Below, in pieces: positions 27,861-38,625 of a DNA stretch of 64,000 nt. Location of the stretch: assembly GCA_963707025.1 (NCBI GenBank), contig CAVPOM010000018.1, positions 12,507 to 76,506 of the forward strand. The letters are read 5' to 3'. Both the position numbers and the translations under genes were made by a program. This DNA is from an uncultured Verrucomicrobiae bacterium (lineage in GTDB: Bacteria > Verrucomicrobiota > Verrucomicrobiia > Limisphaerales > Palsa-1400). Each line of letters opens with the position of its first letter. The stretch's first letter is position 1. The notes under the pieces were generated by a model. That model was not told the origin of the DNA. It ran no database searches and saw nothing but the letters and a program-made list of their open reading frames with translations.

Positions 27861-29273
27861 ATGAACAAGCCATTCCAGATTTCCCGCAGGTCCTTTCTAA
27901 AACGCGGCGCGGCCACCGCCGCCGCCACGGGGTTGCCCCTTTGGTTCGTCGAAAGGGAATTGGCCGCCGCGCAGGAAGTGGCGCCCCAACCCGCCAGCCC
28001 GAACGACCGCCCCGGCCTGGCCTTGATTGGCTGTGGCGGCCAGGGCCGGGGCGACGCGGGCGCCGCCAGCCGGTGGGGCGACATCGTCGCGGTCTGCGAC
28101 GTGGACGACAATCACGCGGCGGCGGCGGCCAAGCAGTTCACGCGCAATGGCAAGACGCCGGACAAATTCAACGATTTCCGCAAGGTGCTGGCGCGGGAGG
28201 ACGTCCATGCCATCATCCACGCCACCCCGGATCATTGGCACACCCTAGTCAATCTGGCGGCGGCCAAAGCCAGGAAGGATGTATATGGGGAAAAACCGCT
28301 GACGCTGACGATTGACGAAGGGCGGCTCATCACTAAAGCGGTGCGCGACAACAAAATTGTGTTTCAGACCGGGACGCAGCAGCGCAGCGACCGCAATTTT
28401 CATCTGGCCTGTCAATTGGTGCGCAACGACCGCATTGGCAAGCTCAAAACGGTGAAGGTGTTTGTCCCGGCGGGGTTGCGCGCCGGGCCGTTCCAGACCG
28501 TGCCGGTGCCCGCGGAATTGAACTGGGACTTCTGGCTGGGCCAGGCGCCCAAGGTGGACTATATGAAGGAGCGGTGCCACGCCAACTTTCGCTGGTGGTG
28601 GGATTACTCGGGCGGCCCGGTCACCGACTGGGGCGCGCATCACAACGACATCGCCCGCTGGGGCATCGGCCAGGACGGCCCGGAAAGCGTCGAAGCCAAA
28701 GTGGTGACGCCGCCGATCCCCGGCGGCTACACCACGCCCAGCGAATATGAAGCCACCCTGACCTGGGCCAACGGGATCACGCAAATTGTCAAGACGACGC
28801 TCGATGACAGCCCTTATGGAGCGGTGCTGAAGAAAGAGGGACAGCGCAATGGCATCCGATTCGAGGGGACAAACGGCTGGATCTGGGTCAACCGCGACGG
28901 GTTCTCCTCCAGCGATGAGGATCTTGCGACCCAGCCGCTGCCGGAGAATGCGGTGCGGCTGGAAAGCTCCGGCAATCACATGAAGAATTTCTTTGACTGC
29001 ATGAAATCAAGGAAGGATCCCGTCTCCGCGGTGGAGTCGGGCCATCGCTCGGCCTCGGTCGGCCATCTCATCGTCATCGCCCTGCGTCTGGGCCGCAAAT
29101 TCCAATGGGACCCGGTGAAGGAAGTCTTCATCGGCGACGGGGCCAAGGAAGGCAATGCCTGCGTGGCGCGGGAAATGCGCCAGCCTTACGAACGTCAGTT
29201 TCGCCGGTTGACCTATCAGATAAACGCCGTTCTTTCGGAAGAAGAACCGCGGATGGTTTTTATTCGTGGTTGA
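27861..29273 (+). CDS. Gfo/Idh/MocA-family oxidoreductase with TAT signal
   Basis: MNKPFQISRRSFLKRGAATAAATG is a TAT signal. The Rossmann motif GLALIGCGGQGRGD is followed by a C-terminal alpha/beta domain. Confidence 0.85.
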   Translation: MNKPFQISRRSFLKRGAATAAATGLPLWFVERELAAAQEVAPQPASPNDRPGLALIGCGGQGRGDAGAASRWGDIVAVCDVDDNHAAAAAKQFTRNGKTPDKFNDFRKVLAREDVHAIIHATPDHWHTLVNLAAAKARKDVYGEKPLTLTIDEGRLITKAVRDNKIVFQTGTQQRSDRNFHLACQLVRNDRIGKLKTVKVFVPAGLRAGPFQTVPVPAELNWDFWLGQAPKVDYMKERCHANFRWWWDYSGGPVTDWGAHHNDIARWGIGQDGPESVEAKVVTPPIPGGYTTPSEYEATLTWANGITQIVKTTLDDSPYGAVLKKEGQRNGIRFEGTNGWIWVNRDGFSSSDEDLATQPLPENAVRLESSGNHMKNFFDCMKSRKDPVSAVESGHRSASVGHLIVIALRLGRKFQWDPVKEVFIGDGAKEGNACVAREMRQPYERQFRRLTYQINAVLSEEEPRMVFIRG

Positions 29274-29327
29274 CAAATCCGGCCAATGAACACAGATTGT
29301 ATGCGTGCGGATCATTTGCGGAGGATT

Positions 29328-29753
29328 ATGAAGACAAAGACGAAACTCCGCTTTCAAGACTTGCCAAAGGACTACGCGGCCCTGTGTCGCGTGTTCCTGC
29401 CGCGCCCCATCCACGACGCGGTGGACTACGCAAACATTGTGGAAGTGGCCGACGCGATGGTCCTGTGGCACGATGAATTCACCCCCGACCAGGCGGATTA
29501 TTTTGACCTGCTTTGCTCGCTCATCGAAGAGTACGATGCGAAGAATGTCAAGTGGCCGAAGGCAACGGGAGTGGATGCGCTCAAACACCTGCTTGGCGAA
29601 CAGGGCCTTGCGGCGGCGGATCTCTCGCGCCTTTTGGGCGGCAGCCGCAACTTGGGTGCCATGATTTTGCGCGGCGAACGCAAACTCACGCTCAATCATG
29701 TGCGGACGCTGGCGGGGCGCTTTGGCGTCTCTGCCGACCTCTTCCTGCCGTGA
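29328..29753 (+). CDS. HTH (XRE-type) antitoxin-like regulator, HigA/COG5499-like, with no adjacent toxin gene
   Basis: ...DYAALCRVFLPRPIHD...DLLCSLIEEYD...ALKHLLGEQGLAAADLSRLLGGSRNLGAMILRGERKLTLNHVRTLAGRFGVSADLFL. Confidence 0.65.
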   Translation: MKTKTKLRFQDLPKDYAALCRVFLPRPIHDAVDYANIVEVADAMVLWHDEFTPDQADYFDLLCSLIEEYDAKNVKWPKATGVDALKHLLGEQGLAAADLSRLLGGSRNLGAMILRGERKLTLNHVRTLAGRFGVSADLFLP

Positions 29754-30030
29754 AGGCGCCGGCCTCCCCAACTATGTATAATCCTTCACCAGAGGCATGA
29801 TCTCCAACCACAGGACTTCGGCCATGCGCTTGTGACCGCCCTGGAGGATGTTGACGGGTTCGGTTGTCTTCTCTTGCTGGTTCGAAACCTGGAGAACGGT
29901 TTCACTAAAACTAATGATGGAGATTACCCTTTCCTAATTCGTGAAAAATTTCACAAACTCTCTTGCCGGGGGCATGGTTTTTGCGTAAAAAAGCACCCGT
30001 TGTTTGTAGAGACGATTTAATGACGCAGCG

Positions 30031-30684
30031 ATGTCCGATATCTTTCCAAAGTGGACCAACCGGTTGCCGCGCAACATTATTATTGGGGCGGTGCTGGTGG
30101 GTTCCGGGGTGCTGGCCGGGGTGACCTATTATTTCACGCCGAAGTACACGCGGGTGGGTTATGAACCGATCCAGCCGGTGGCCTTTGCCCACAGCGTGCA
30201 TGTGGAGCAATTGGGGCTGGATTGCCGCTATTGCCATAATACGGTGGAGAAATCCTGGTATTCCAACATCCCGGCCACGTCCACCTGCATGAACTGCCAT
30301 GTCCAGGTGTTGAAGGACGATGCCCGGCTGGCGCTGGTGCGGGAAAGCGCGGCCTCGGGCCAGCCGATTCCCTGGGTGCAAATCCACAAGATGCCCGATT
30401 TTGTCTATTTCAACCATTCCGTCCATGTCAACCGGGGTGTCAGTTGCGTGGAATGCCACGGGCAGATCAACCAGATGGACGAAGTGTATCATGCCAAACC
30501 TTTGAGCATGTCCTATTGCCTGGACTGCCATCGCGACCCGACGATGCGGGTTCGTCCGCTGGCCGAGATCACGCATTTGGATTGGAAACCCGAGTCCGCG
30601 GCCAGGCAAAGGGAGGATGGCGAAAAGATGATGCATGATTGGCGGATTCAATCCTTGCAAACCTGCTCGACTTGTCACCGATGA
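30031..30684 (+). CDS. actA: Alternative complex III subunit ActA, pentaheme cytochrome c
   Basis: N-terminal TM segment. Five CxxCH motifs are present: CRYCH, CMNCH, CVECH, CLDCH and CSTCH. Confidence 0.85.
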   Translation: MSDIFPKWTNRLPRNIIIGAVLVGSGVLAGVTYYFTPKYTRVGYEPIQPVAFAHSVHVEQLGLDCRYCHNTVEKSWYSNIPATSTCMNCHVQVLKDDARLALVRESAASGQPIPWVQIHKMPDFVYFNHSVHVNRGVSCVECHGQINQMDEVYHAKPLSMSYCLDCHRDPTMRVRPLAEITHLDWKPESAARQREDGEKMMHDWRIQSLQTCSTCHR

Positions 30685-33600
30685 AAAACCCACCCACACC
30701 CGCACCGGCAGGCCCGGCCTATTGGCGCAGTTTGGACGAACTGGCGGACACGCCGCAGTTCCGCCAATGGGTGGAAAAGGAGTTTCCGGCCGGGGCGAGC
30801 GAATTGTTTGATCCGGTGACGCGGCGCAATTTCGTCAAGATCATGTCGGCGTCCTTCCTCCTGGCGGGCCTCGGGGCGACGGGCTGCCGCCGGCCGGTGG
30901 AGAACATTTATCCGTTCGCCAAGATGCCGGAGAATTATGCGCATGGCCTGCCGCAGTTTTTTGCCACGGCCATGCCGTCCCGCCGCGGGGCGGTGCCGCT
31001 GGTGGTGAAATCCAGCGACGGGCGCCCGACCAAAGTGGAGGGCAATCCCGACCACCCGGACAGCAACGGCGGCACGGACCCGTTTGCGCAGGCGTCGGTG
31101 TTGAGTCTTTATGATCCCGACCGGGCCCAACGCTACGCCAGGAACGGGAGCCTGAGCACCAAGGCGGCGGCGTTGGATGCCTTGGCCGCGCTGGCCGGGA
31201 AGTTTGGGAACGGGGACGGGGTGGCGTTTCTCATGGAGCAAAGCAGCTCGCCTTCCCGCGCGCGGCTGCAACGGATGGTCAGCGAAAAATATCCGAAGGC
31301 GCGCTGGTTTGTTTATGAGGCGGTGGATCTGGATGCGGCGCGCATTGCGGCCTCGCTGGCTTACGGCATCCCGGTGGCGCCTTATTACAACCTGGAAAAG
31401 GCGGAAAAAATTCTGGCGCTGGATTGTGATTTTATCGGCACCGAGGAAAATGCGACGGTCAACATCCGGCGCTTCGCCCAGGGCCGGCATGTCGCGGGCA
31501 AGGACGACCCAATGAGCCGGCTCTATGCGGTGGAGAGCTTGTTCACCTTGACAGGGATGAACGCGGACCATCGTTTGCGCGTCGCGCCCAGCCTGATGGT
31601 CGCGGTGGTGGCGCGGATGGCGCTCAATATCCTGCCTTCCGGCGATTGGGACGCCAAGCTGAAGGAATTGTCCGCCCCGGCGCAGGGCTTTGATGATTGG
31701 ATCGTGCCTTGCGCGAAGGATTTGAAGGCAAGCGGCGGGAAAGGTTTGGTGATGGGCGGTTATCGTTTGCCGCCAGCGGCCCATTTGCTGGTGCTGGCGA
31801 TGAACGAGGCTCTTGGTGCGGTGGCGGATCACACGATTGAATTTCATGAAGTTCCCGAGGCAACCGAAGAGGACATTAGCATCCTCGTGAAGGCGCTGGG
31901 CGCTGTCCAATTCCAGACTTTGATCATGTTGGGCGGCAATCTGGCTTACAATGCTCCGGCGGACTTGAACTGGTCGCAGGCGTATCCAGGGGGGAAACTC
32001 CAAAGGACAATCGTGCGGCTCGGTTATTATGAAGATGAAACGTCGTGCCCCCCTCCTCCAACGATGACGAGTCAATGGGATTTGCCGATGGCGCATTTTC
32101 TGGAGTCGTGGGGCGACGCGCGCACGGCCAACGGAACTTTGGTCCCGATTCAGCCGCTGATCGAGCCGCTGTTTGACGGGCTGACGGAATTGGAAGTGCT
32201 GGCGATTCTGGCGGGCGCGGAAAAGACCAAGCCTTACGAAATCGTGCGCGAAACATTTCGCCTCCTTGGCGGCCCCGGCGAGAATGATTGGCGGAAGTTT
32301 TTGCACGACGGTTTCCTCGCAGGCAGCGCGGCGGTGCCGGCCACTGTACAGTTCAACGCCAAGCTGCTCGCGCCGGTGTTGGATTTGTTGAAGCCCGCGG
32401 CCGCGCCCGGACCGGGCAACTTGGACGTCGTTTTCCATCGCGATTCCAAGATGGACGACGGACGGCATAATAATAACGGCTGGTTGCAGGAATTGCCGGA
32501 CCCGATCACCAAGCTGACCTGGGACAACGCGATTTTGGTAAGCCCCAAGACGGCCCATGAGCTGAAGCTCGCGCCCGATGAGCAGAAGCGCGACCAGACG
32601 CAGCGATTTTACGACCAGGTGGTGGAAATTCAATTGGGCGAGCGGAGAGTGCGCGGCACGATCTGGGTCCAGCCCGGCATGGCGGATTATACCGTGGGGC
32701 TGGCGCTGGGATATGGTCGCGTGAAGACGGGGCGGATCGGGCGCGGTTGCGGCTACAACGCGTATAAAGTGCGGACGACCGACGCCATGCATTACGGGTC
32801 GAACGCCAAGTTGACGAAAGTGGGCACGGCGTATCAATTGTCCACCACGCAGAGCCATTGGAGCATGGAAGGGCGCGCGCCGGTGCGGGAAGCCAATCTG
32901 GAGGATTTTCGCAAGCAGCCGGATTTCGCGGCGAAAATGGACTTGGAAAAGCCGCCCACCATAGCGCCGATGTATCCCAACCCATTCGACACCACCAAGG
33001 CCAAAGGATTGCATCAGTGGGGCATGGCCATAGATTTGAGCAAATGCGTGGGATGCTCGGCCTGCATGGTGGCGTGCCAGAGCGAGAACAACGTCCCCAT
33101 TGTGGGCAAGGAAATGGTGGGCAAGAGCCGCGAGATGCACTGGATACGGATTGACCGTTATTATTCCGGTGTGGGCAAGAATCCCGAGGATGATCCGCAG
33201 GCGGTGGTCCAGCCGATGCTCTGCCAGCATTGCGAAGCCGCCCCGTGCGAGAATGTTTGCCCGGTCAATGCCACCTCGCATGATGACGAAGGGCTGAACG
33301 TGATGGTGTATAACCGCTGCGTCGGCACGCGTTATTGCTCCAACAACTGCCCCTACAAAGTGCGCCGCTTCAATTTCTTTGATTACAACCGCCGCCCGCT
33401 GGACAAACTTTACGACAGCCCGCTCGATCCGCTCAACCGGAAGGACGGCAAATGGGAGTTCCTGCGATGGTGGGACAATCCGGACCGGGGCAACCTGCCG
33501 GAAGACCAGTGGCAACTGGTGCGCATGGTCAAGAACCCCGACGTGTCGGTGCGGATGCGCGGGGTGATGGAGAAATGCACCTTCTGCGTGCAACGGCTGG

Positions 33601-33968
33601 AGCAGGCCAAGATCGCCGCGAAGGTCAAGGCGCGCGCTTCGGACCACATCCGCTTGTCGGAGAAGGAAGGGACCATTCCCAGGACGGCGTGCCAGCAGGC
33701 CTGTCCGGCGGAGGCGATTGCCTTTGGCGACATTTTGGACAAGGAAAGCACCGTGAGCAAATGGAAGGACAATCCGCGCAATTACACGGTGCTGGACGTT
33801 CTCCACACCAAACCGCGCCTGACTTACCTGGCCAAGGTGCGCAATCCCAATCCCGAGATGCCCGATTACAAGCAGCACCCCGCGCCTTACAGCTACGACG
33901 ACTATTCCAAAACCATGGGCCGGCCCGCCTTGGAGGAGGGTGAGGCGACTGAGAAAGGAGCCCGGTAA
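30681..33968 (+). CDS. actB: Alternative complex III subunit ActB (molybdopterin-oxidoreductase-like B1 fused to 4Fe-4S B2)
   Basis: The ATG at 30681 overlaps the actA stop (ATGA). TAT-like TRRNFVK is present. Fe-S cluster motifs are [49 protein letters not shown] and [10 protein letters not shown]. Confidence 0.9.
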   Translation: MKNPPTPAPAGPAYWRSLDELADTPQFRQWVEKEFPAGASELFDPVTRRNFVKIMSASFLLAGLGATGCRRPVENIYPFAKMPENYAHGLPQFFATAMPSRRGAVPLVVKSSDGRPTKVEGNPDHPDSNGGTDPFAQASVLSLYDPDRAQRYARNGSLSTKAAALDALAALAGKFGNGDGVAFLMEQSSSPSRARLQRMVSEKYPKARWFVYEAVDLDAARIAASLAYGIPVAPYYNLEKAEKILALDCDFIGTEENATVNIRRFAQGRHVAGKDDPMSRLYAVESLFTLTGMNADHRLRVAPSLMVAVVARMALNILPSGDWDAKLKELSAPAQGFDDWIVPCAKDLKASGGKGLVMGGYRLPPAAHLLVLAMNEALGAVADHTIEFHEVPEATEEDISILVKALGAVQFQTLIMLGGNLAYNAPADLNWSQAYPGGKLQRTIVRLGYYEDETSCPPPPTMTSQWDLPMAHFLESWGDARTANGTLVPIQPLIEPLFDGLTELEVLAILAGAEKTKPYEIVRETFRLLGGPGENDWRKFLHDGFLAGSAAVPATVQFNAKLLAPVLDLLKPAAAPGPGNLDVVFHRDSKMDDGRHNNNGWLQELPDPITKLTWDNAILVSPKTAHELKLAPDEQKRDQTQRFYDQVVEIQLGERRVRGTIWVQPGMADYTVGLALGYGRVKTGRIGRGCGYNAYKVRTTDAMHYGSNAKLTKVGTAYQLSTTQSHWSMEGRAPVREANLEDFRKQPDFAAKMDLEKPPTIAPMYPNPFDTTKAKGLHQWGMAIDLSKCVGCSACMVACQSENNVPIVGKEMVGKSREMHWIRIDRYYSGVGKNPEDDPQAVVQPMLCQHCEAAPCENVCPVNATSHDDEGLNVMVYNRCVGTRYCSNNCPYKVRRFNFFDYNRRPLDKLYDSPLDPLNRKDGKWEFLRWWDNPDRGNLPEDQWQLVRMVKNPDVSVRMRGVMEKCTFCVQRLEQAKIAAKVKARASDHIRLSEKEGTIPRTACQQACPAEAIAFGDILDKESTVSKWKDNPRNYTVLDVLHTKPRLTYLAKVRNPNPEMPDYKQHPAPYSYDDYSKTMGRPALEEGEATEKGAR

Positions 33969-35458
33969 TGGCGGACGCCACTCCAGCCCCGATGTTGACG
34001 CAGGACGCGCCGCTGGTGGTGCAGGCGCCGCCCGTGGAGTTGGAACGCGAGCCGCTCGTGGCCAACGGCCACGGCATCGGCTGGCTGTCCGACACCATAG
34101 CGGGAGTGGCCGAAGGCAAGCCCAAGTTCTGGTGGTGGATTTGTTTCACCATCAGCGCGACCATGATGACGGTGTGCTTTCTGTGCATACTATATCTGAT
34201 GTCCACCGGGGTGGGGGTCTGGGGTGTGGCGCACCCGGCCATGTGGGGCTATGCCATCGTCAATTTCGTGTGGTGGATCGGCATCGGCCATGCCGGAACC
34301 CTGATCTCGGCGATTTTGTTTCTGCTGCGGCAGAAATGGAGGACTTCCATCAACCGCGCGGCCGAAGCGATGACCATCTTCGCCGTGATGTGCGCCGGCA
34401 TCTTTCCTCTCATCCATATTGGGCGAATCTGGCTGGGCTACTGGCTGTTCCCCATCCCCAATGCCAACGGCATCTGGCCGCAATTCCGCTCGCCCCTGAT
34501 GTGGGACGTTTTCGCCGTCTCCACCTACTTCACCGTCTCGGTGCTGTTCTGGTACATGGGATTGATACCCGATCTGGCCGTGATGCGGGACCGGGCCACG
34601 ACGAAAAGCCGGAAGTTCGGCTACGGCCTCTTCGCCCTGGGCTGGACCGGCTCCAACCGGCACTGGAGCAATTATGAGAAGGCCTACCTCATTCTGGCGG
34701 GCCTGTCCACGCCGCTGGTGCTCTCGGTCCATTCCATCGTCTCGCTGGATTTTTCGGTCTCGCAAATCCCCGGCTGGCACACCACCATTTTCCCCCCCTA
34801 CTTTGTGGCGGGGGCCGTTTACTCCGGTTTTGGGATGGTGCTGACGCTGCTGGTGCCGCTGCGGCGGATGCTGAAACTGGAAGACATCATCACGGTGCGG
34901 CATGTGGAGTTGATGTGCAAAGTGACCCTGCTCACCGGCTCCATCGTGGGCTATGCCTATGTGATGGAGTTTTTCATCGCCTGGTACGGGGGCAATCCTT
35001 ATGAGAAATACCTCTTTCTCCATGAGCGCGCGGCGGACCCGTTCATCATTGCCCCGCTCTACGGAATCGAGCCGGCGCCCTACTGGTGGGCCTGGTGGAT
35101 GATGATTATCTGCAACGTGCTGGTGCCGCAGCTATTCTGGTTCAAGAAGGTGCGGACCACCATGATCCTGGTTTTCATCCTGTCCATTTTAGTCAACGTC
35201 GGCATGTGGTTCGAACGATTTGTCATCATCATCGTTTCGTTGACCCGTGAATTCATTCCGGCCAACTGGGGATATTACCGTCCGTCGTGGGTGGATATTT
35301 TGCAATTTTTGGGAACGTTTGGCTTGTTCTTTACGTTCTTCCTGTTGTTCCTGCGCTACGTCCCGTTGATCGCCATTGCGGAGGTCAAGGGCGTGACGCC
35401 GCAAGCCGACCCGCACCATCCGCTGGGCGGGGCGAAAAGCGGAGGGCACCACCCATGA
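33968..35458 (+). CDS. actC: Alternative complex III subunit ActC (NrfD/PsrC-like quinol-interacting membrane subunit)
   Basis: Polytopic membrane protein of NrfD type, sitting directly after actB with a TAATG overlap. Confidence 0.9.
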   Translation: MADATPAPMLTQDAPLVVQAPPVELEREPLVANGHGIGWLSDTIAGVAEGKPKFWWWICFTISATMMTVCFLCILYLMSTGVGVWGVAHPAMWGYAIVNFVWWIGIGHAGTLISAILFLLRQKWRTSINRAAEAMTIFAVMCAGIFPLIHIGRIWLGYWLFPIPNANGIWPQFRSPLMWDVFAVSTYFTVSVLFWYMGLIPDLAVMRDRATTKSRKFGYGLFALGWTGSNRHWSNYEKAYLILAGLSTPLVLSVHSIVSLDFSVSQIPGWHTTIFPPYFVAGAVYSGFGMVLTLLVPLRRMLKLEDIITVRHVELMCKVTLLTGSIVGYAYVMEFFIAWYGGNPYEKYLFLHERAADPFIIAPLYGIEPAPYWWAWWMMIICNVLVPQLFWFKKVRTTMILVFILSILVNVGMWFERFVIIIVSLTREFIPANWGYYRPSWVDILQFLGTFGLFFTFFLLFLRYVPLIAIAEVKGVTPQADPHHPLGGAKSGGHHP

Positions 35459-35988
35459 GCGGACGGCCTTACGCGATCCTGGCGGAATTTGAAAGCCCGG
35501 CGGCCATCCTGCAGGCGGCGGACAAGGTGCGCGGGGAGGGATACCGCAATTGGGACGTTTTCACCCCGTTCCCGATCCACGGCATGGACCGGGCGATGGG
35601 GATCAAGAACTCCAAAGTGGGCTGGTTTTCTTTCATTGGCGGCGTGACGGGGTACGCCACGGGGATGTTGATGATCTGGTTTATGAACACGGTGGATTAT
35701 CCGATCGTCATCGGCGGCAAGCCGATGTTCAGCCCGTTTTCCGCTTTTCCGCCGTCCTACGAATTGACGATTTTGTTCGGGGCCTTCGGGGCGCTGCTGG
35801 GGATGCTGTTCCTCAACCGGCTGCCCCGGCTGCATCATCCCCTGCTCAAGCACGGGCGGTTCAAGCTGGCCAGCCACGACCGTTTTTACGTGGTGATCGA
35901 AACCAACGATCCCAAATACGCCGAGCCGGCGACCCGGCAAATGCTGGAGTCGCTGGGGAGCAAGCACGTTGAATTCGTCGAGGAATAA
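35455..35988 (+). CDS. actD: Alternative complex III subunit ActD (DUF3341)
   Basis: [49 protein letters not shown]... matches the DUF3341 pattern, followed by two TM segments. ATGA overlap with actC. Confidence 0.85.
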   Translation: MSGRPYAILAEFESPAAILQAADKVRGEGYRNWDVFTPFPIHGMDRAMGIKNSKVGWFSFIGGVTGYATGMLMIWFMNTVDYPIVIGGKPMFSPFSAFPPSYELTILFGAFGALLGMLFLNRLPRLHHPLLKHGRFKLASHDRFYVVIETNDPKYAEPATRQMLESLGSKHVEFVEE

Positions 35989-36656
35989 TGCGCTACTTTT
36001 ACCTCATTTTTTTTCTGACCTGCGTGACGGTGATCGGCCTGGCCGGTTTTCGCGGCAGCAAGTCGCGCCAGCCGCCCATTGAGCTGTTTAACGACATGGT
36101 GCGCCAAAACAAGGTGCGCCCGCAGACGCCGAGCGATTTCTTCGCCGACGGCCGCAGTTCGCGGGCGCGGCCCGAAGGCACGGTGGAGCGCAGCCTGCCT
36201 TATGAACTCAACGGCCAATTGGTGCTGGTCAACGGCAAACCGGTTTATCCCTACGAAGAGGCCCCCATGAACACCGGGCGGATGACGGGCACGACCAATT
36301 TCATCGAAACCGGCCCGCTGGCCATCACGCGGGAATTGCTGGACCGGGGCCAGGAGCGTTATCAGATTTATTGCCTGCCGTGCCACGGCCCGGCGGGAGA
36401 CGGCAAGGGGATCACGGGCAAATACGGCATGGTGAGCATGGCCGATTTTCACGCCCAGCGCCTGGTGGAGATGAAGGACGGTGAGATTTTTAATACCATG
36501 ACGGTCGGGAAATTGCCGCTCATGCCGGCCTACGGGGCGCTGCTTGGGGTGGAAGACCGCTGGGCGATCATCTCCTACATCCGCGCCTTGCAACGCAGCC
36601 AGTTGGCGACGGTGGAAGACGTGCCCGAGGCGAAACGGGGAGAATTTAAGAAATGA
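35988..36656 (+). CDS. actE: Alternative complex III subunit ActE, monoheme cytochrome c
   Basis: N-terminal anchor, a single CLPCH haem site and a distal Met region (MPAYG). TAATG overlap with actD. Confidence 0.85.
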   Translation: MRYFYLIFFLTCVTVIGLAGFRGSKSRQPPIELFNDMVRQNKVRPQTPSDFFADGRSSRARPEGTVERSLPYELNGQLVLVNGKPVYPYEEAPMNTGRMTGTTNFIETGPLAITRELLDRGQERYQIYCLPCHGPAGDGKGITGKYGMVSMADFHAQRLVEMKDGEIFNTMTVGKLPLMPAYGALLGVEDRWAIISYIRALQRSQLATVEDVPEAKRGEFKK

Positions 36657-36708
36657 GATTAAGATTAAGAAAAGAGATTAAGATTAAGATCAAGATTAAG
36701 AAATAAGG
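36656..36708. repeat. Hexamer-repeat element, single arm (locus 4), filling the actE-actF spacer
   Basis: gattaagattaagaaaagagattaagattaagatcaagattaagaaataagg starts at the actE stop codon and ends 8 nt before the actF ATG. Confidence 0.85.
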
Positions 36709-36716
36709 CCAGGATT

Positions 36717-37988
36717 ATGAACAAGGACACTCCATCCTCATCGGTTGCGCCGCTGGATTTGGCCAAATGGCGGCATGTGCCCGTGATCTTGATGGCGGCG
36801 GGCGGGATCGGGGCGGGGCTGGGCGCGGCGGCCTGCGGGAGCCGGCAGTTCGCCTTTTCCTGGCTGGTGGCCTTCATGTTTTACTTGAGCTTGTGCCTGG
36901 GCGCCTGGTTTCTGGTGATGGTGCATCATTTGTTTGACGCAAACTGGTCGGTGCCGACGCGGCGGTTTTGCGAACACCTGGCCTGTCTGGCGGGCTGGCC
37001 GATGCTGCTGCTGTTTGTCCCCATTGCCGTCCTGGCGCCGCGCCTCTATGAATGGATGAACGAGCTGCGGCATCCGGATCATGCCTTGGCGGCCAAATAT
37101 CCGTTGTTCACCATGAAGGGTTTTTATATCGTGGCGGCGGTTTGCTTCGGCGTCTGGTGGCTCTTTACCAACCGTTTGCGGCACTGGTCGCTGCAGCAGG
37201 ACAAGACGGGCGCGGCCCATTGCATGCGCCGCATGCGGTTTTATTCCGCCCTGGGCATCATCCTTTTTGCGGGGACGCTCACCCTGGCCGCGATCGTGTG
37301 GATGAAGGGGCTGATGTATGAATGGGCCTCGACCATGTACGGGGTCTGGTATTTCGCGGCGAGCGTCTGGGTGGCGCTGGCCACAGTGTATGTCATTACG
37401 CTGATCTTGCAGCGCACGACGGCGTTGCGGGATGTGGTGACGGAAAAGACGTATTACATGATTGGCTCGCTCTTGTTCGCCTTTACCGTGTTCTGGGCCT
37501 ACATCAGCTTTGGGCAGTACTTTATCGTCTGGAACGCGAACATGCCGGAAGAGACCTTCTGGTACGTGCTGCGCGAAAAGGGGACGTGGTGGTTCACGGG
37601 GGCCATCATCATCATCTTCGGCCATTTCTTCCTGCCCTTTCTGGCGCTGCTGCGGATAGATGTGAAACTGAAGCTGGCGGCCATGCTGCCGTTGTGCGCC
37701 TGGGCCTGGCTCATGCACCTGGTGGACGTGGAGTTCCAAGTCATGCCCAGCCTGCATGAGAACGGGGTATTCACTTTCACCTTTCCCTTCCTGACGGCCA
37801 GCCTGCTGGTGGACTTGGCCTGCCTGATGTTCATCGGCGGATTCCTCGCCAAACTTTTTCTGTGGTCGCTCAACCGGCATCCCGTCTATCCCTTGCAGGA
37901 CCCGCGCATGGCGGAAGCTCTGGACGTTTATGTGCCGCCGGCCAGCGCCGCCGCCATTATTCCCGGTCCCGGGGTAAAAGAACTATAA
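36717..37988 (+). CDS. actF: Alternative complex III subunit ActF (second NrfD-like membrane subunit)
   Basis: Polytopic membrane protein, 423 aa, in the position expected for ActF. Confidence 0.85.
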   Translation: MNKDTPSSSVAPLDLAKWRHVPVILMAAGGIGAGLGAAACGSRQFAFSWLVAFMFYLSLCLGAWFLVMVHHLFDANWSVPTRRFCEHLACLAGWPMLLLFVPIAVLAPRLYEWMNELRHPDHALAAKYPLFTMKGFYIVAAVCFGVWWLFTNRLRHWSLQQDKTGAAHCMRRMRFYSALGIILFAGTLTLAAIVWMKGLMYEWASTMYGVWYFAASVWVALATVYVITLILQRTTALRDVVTEKTYYMIGSLLFAFTVFWAYISFGQYFIVWNANMPEETFWYVLREKGTWWFTGAIIIIFGHFFLPFLALLRIDVKLKLAAMLPLCAWAWLMHLVDVEFQVMPSLHENGVFTFTFPFLTASLLVDLACLMFIGGFLAKLFLWSLNRHPVYPLQDPRMAEALDVYVPPASAAAIIPGPGVKEL

Positions 37989-38002
37989 ATGATAAATGAA
38001 CC

Positions 38003-38371
38003 ATGAGCACTGAATCCATCCGCGGAAAATGCGGCCAGGGCCTGACCGTGCTGGGGGTGGCGGGAGCGTTTTTAGTGATGGCCTGGCTGGTCTGGCTGAT
38101 GCGCGCCTACACGCACCCGCCCGCCCTGGCTGAGGCCCGCGCCGTGGAGCGGCTGAAGATCAAGGCCGAGTTCGACGCGGCCAACGCCCCGCTGCTCAAC
38201 GGGTATGACTGGGCCGACAAGGAGAAGGGATTTGTGCGCATCCCGGTGGAGCGGGCCAAGGAATTGATCTTGCAGGAATGGCAGAATCCGGCGGCGGGCC
38301 GCTCCAATCTGACCAACCGGGCGGCCAGGGAATTCGCCCCCGCCGCCGTGGCGAAAAACCCGTACGAGTAG
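38003..38371 (+). CDS. Small single-TM protein in the ACIII cluster (possible accessory subunit)
   Basis: 122 aa with TM segment LTVLGVAGAFLVMAWLVWLM. The gap to actF is 14 nt. No family recognised. Confidence 0.6.
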   Translation: MSTESIRGKCGQGLTVLGVAGAFLVMAWLVWLMRAYTHPPALAEARAVERLKIKAEFDAANAPLLNGYDWADKEKGFVRIPVERAKELILQEWQNPAAGRSNLTNRAAREFAPAAVAKNPYE

Positions 38372-38434
38372 CGGCACAGAATTATAAATGATAAATGAAG
38401 AGGGCGAATGTTGCTTTGGGTGGTGCTTCCCTCT

Positions 38435-38609
38435 CTTAATCTTAATCCTAATCTTAATCTTAATCTCATTCGTGCAATCGGTAATCAGAATTGGCTTTGA
38501 TCAAGCCCACGAGCAGCGAAACGATGATATACTTGCAGCTTTTCGTGGTCGAAGACTCGATTCACTCGGATTAGGACGATTAAGATTAAGATTATGATTA
38601 AGATTAAGA
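38435..38609. repeat. Hexamer-repeat element, inverted arms flanking a 101-nt unique core (locus 5)
   Basis: Left arm 38435..38467 (CTTAAT/CCTAAT units), core 38468..38568, right arm 38569..38609. The stretch 38576..38603 is identical to 54025..54052 (28 nt). Confidence 0.85.
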
Positions 38610-38625
38610 CCAGGAGCAGATACCC

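Noticed and set aside
29797-29950. Start-less minus-strand frame ending ...HKRMAEVLWLEIMPLVKDYT as a real gene.
   Set aside because: There is no start codon and only about 50 codons. I recognised no family, so it is not listed as a feature and is mentioned only as a possible remnant.
30675-33878. 1067-aa ORF antisense to actB. Similar long antisense or shadow ORFs occur at 1350..2546, 4186..5106, 22600..23568, 24152..25729, 25753..27180, 36738..37880, 38485..39690, 47440..49263 and 55346..57454.
   Set aside because: They are Arg/Gly/His/Pro-rich low-complexity translations lying opposite genes with clear family motifs. Stop-poor antisense frames are typical of GC-rich DNA, and none shows a recognisable domain.
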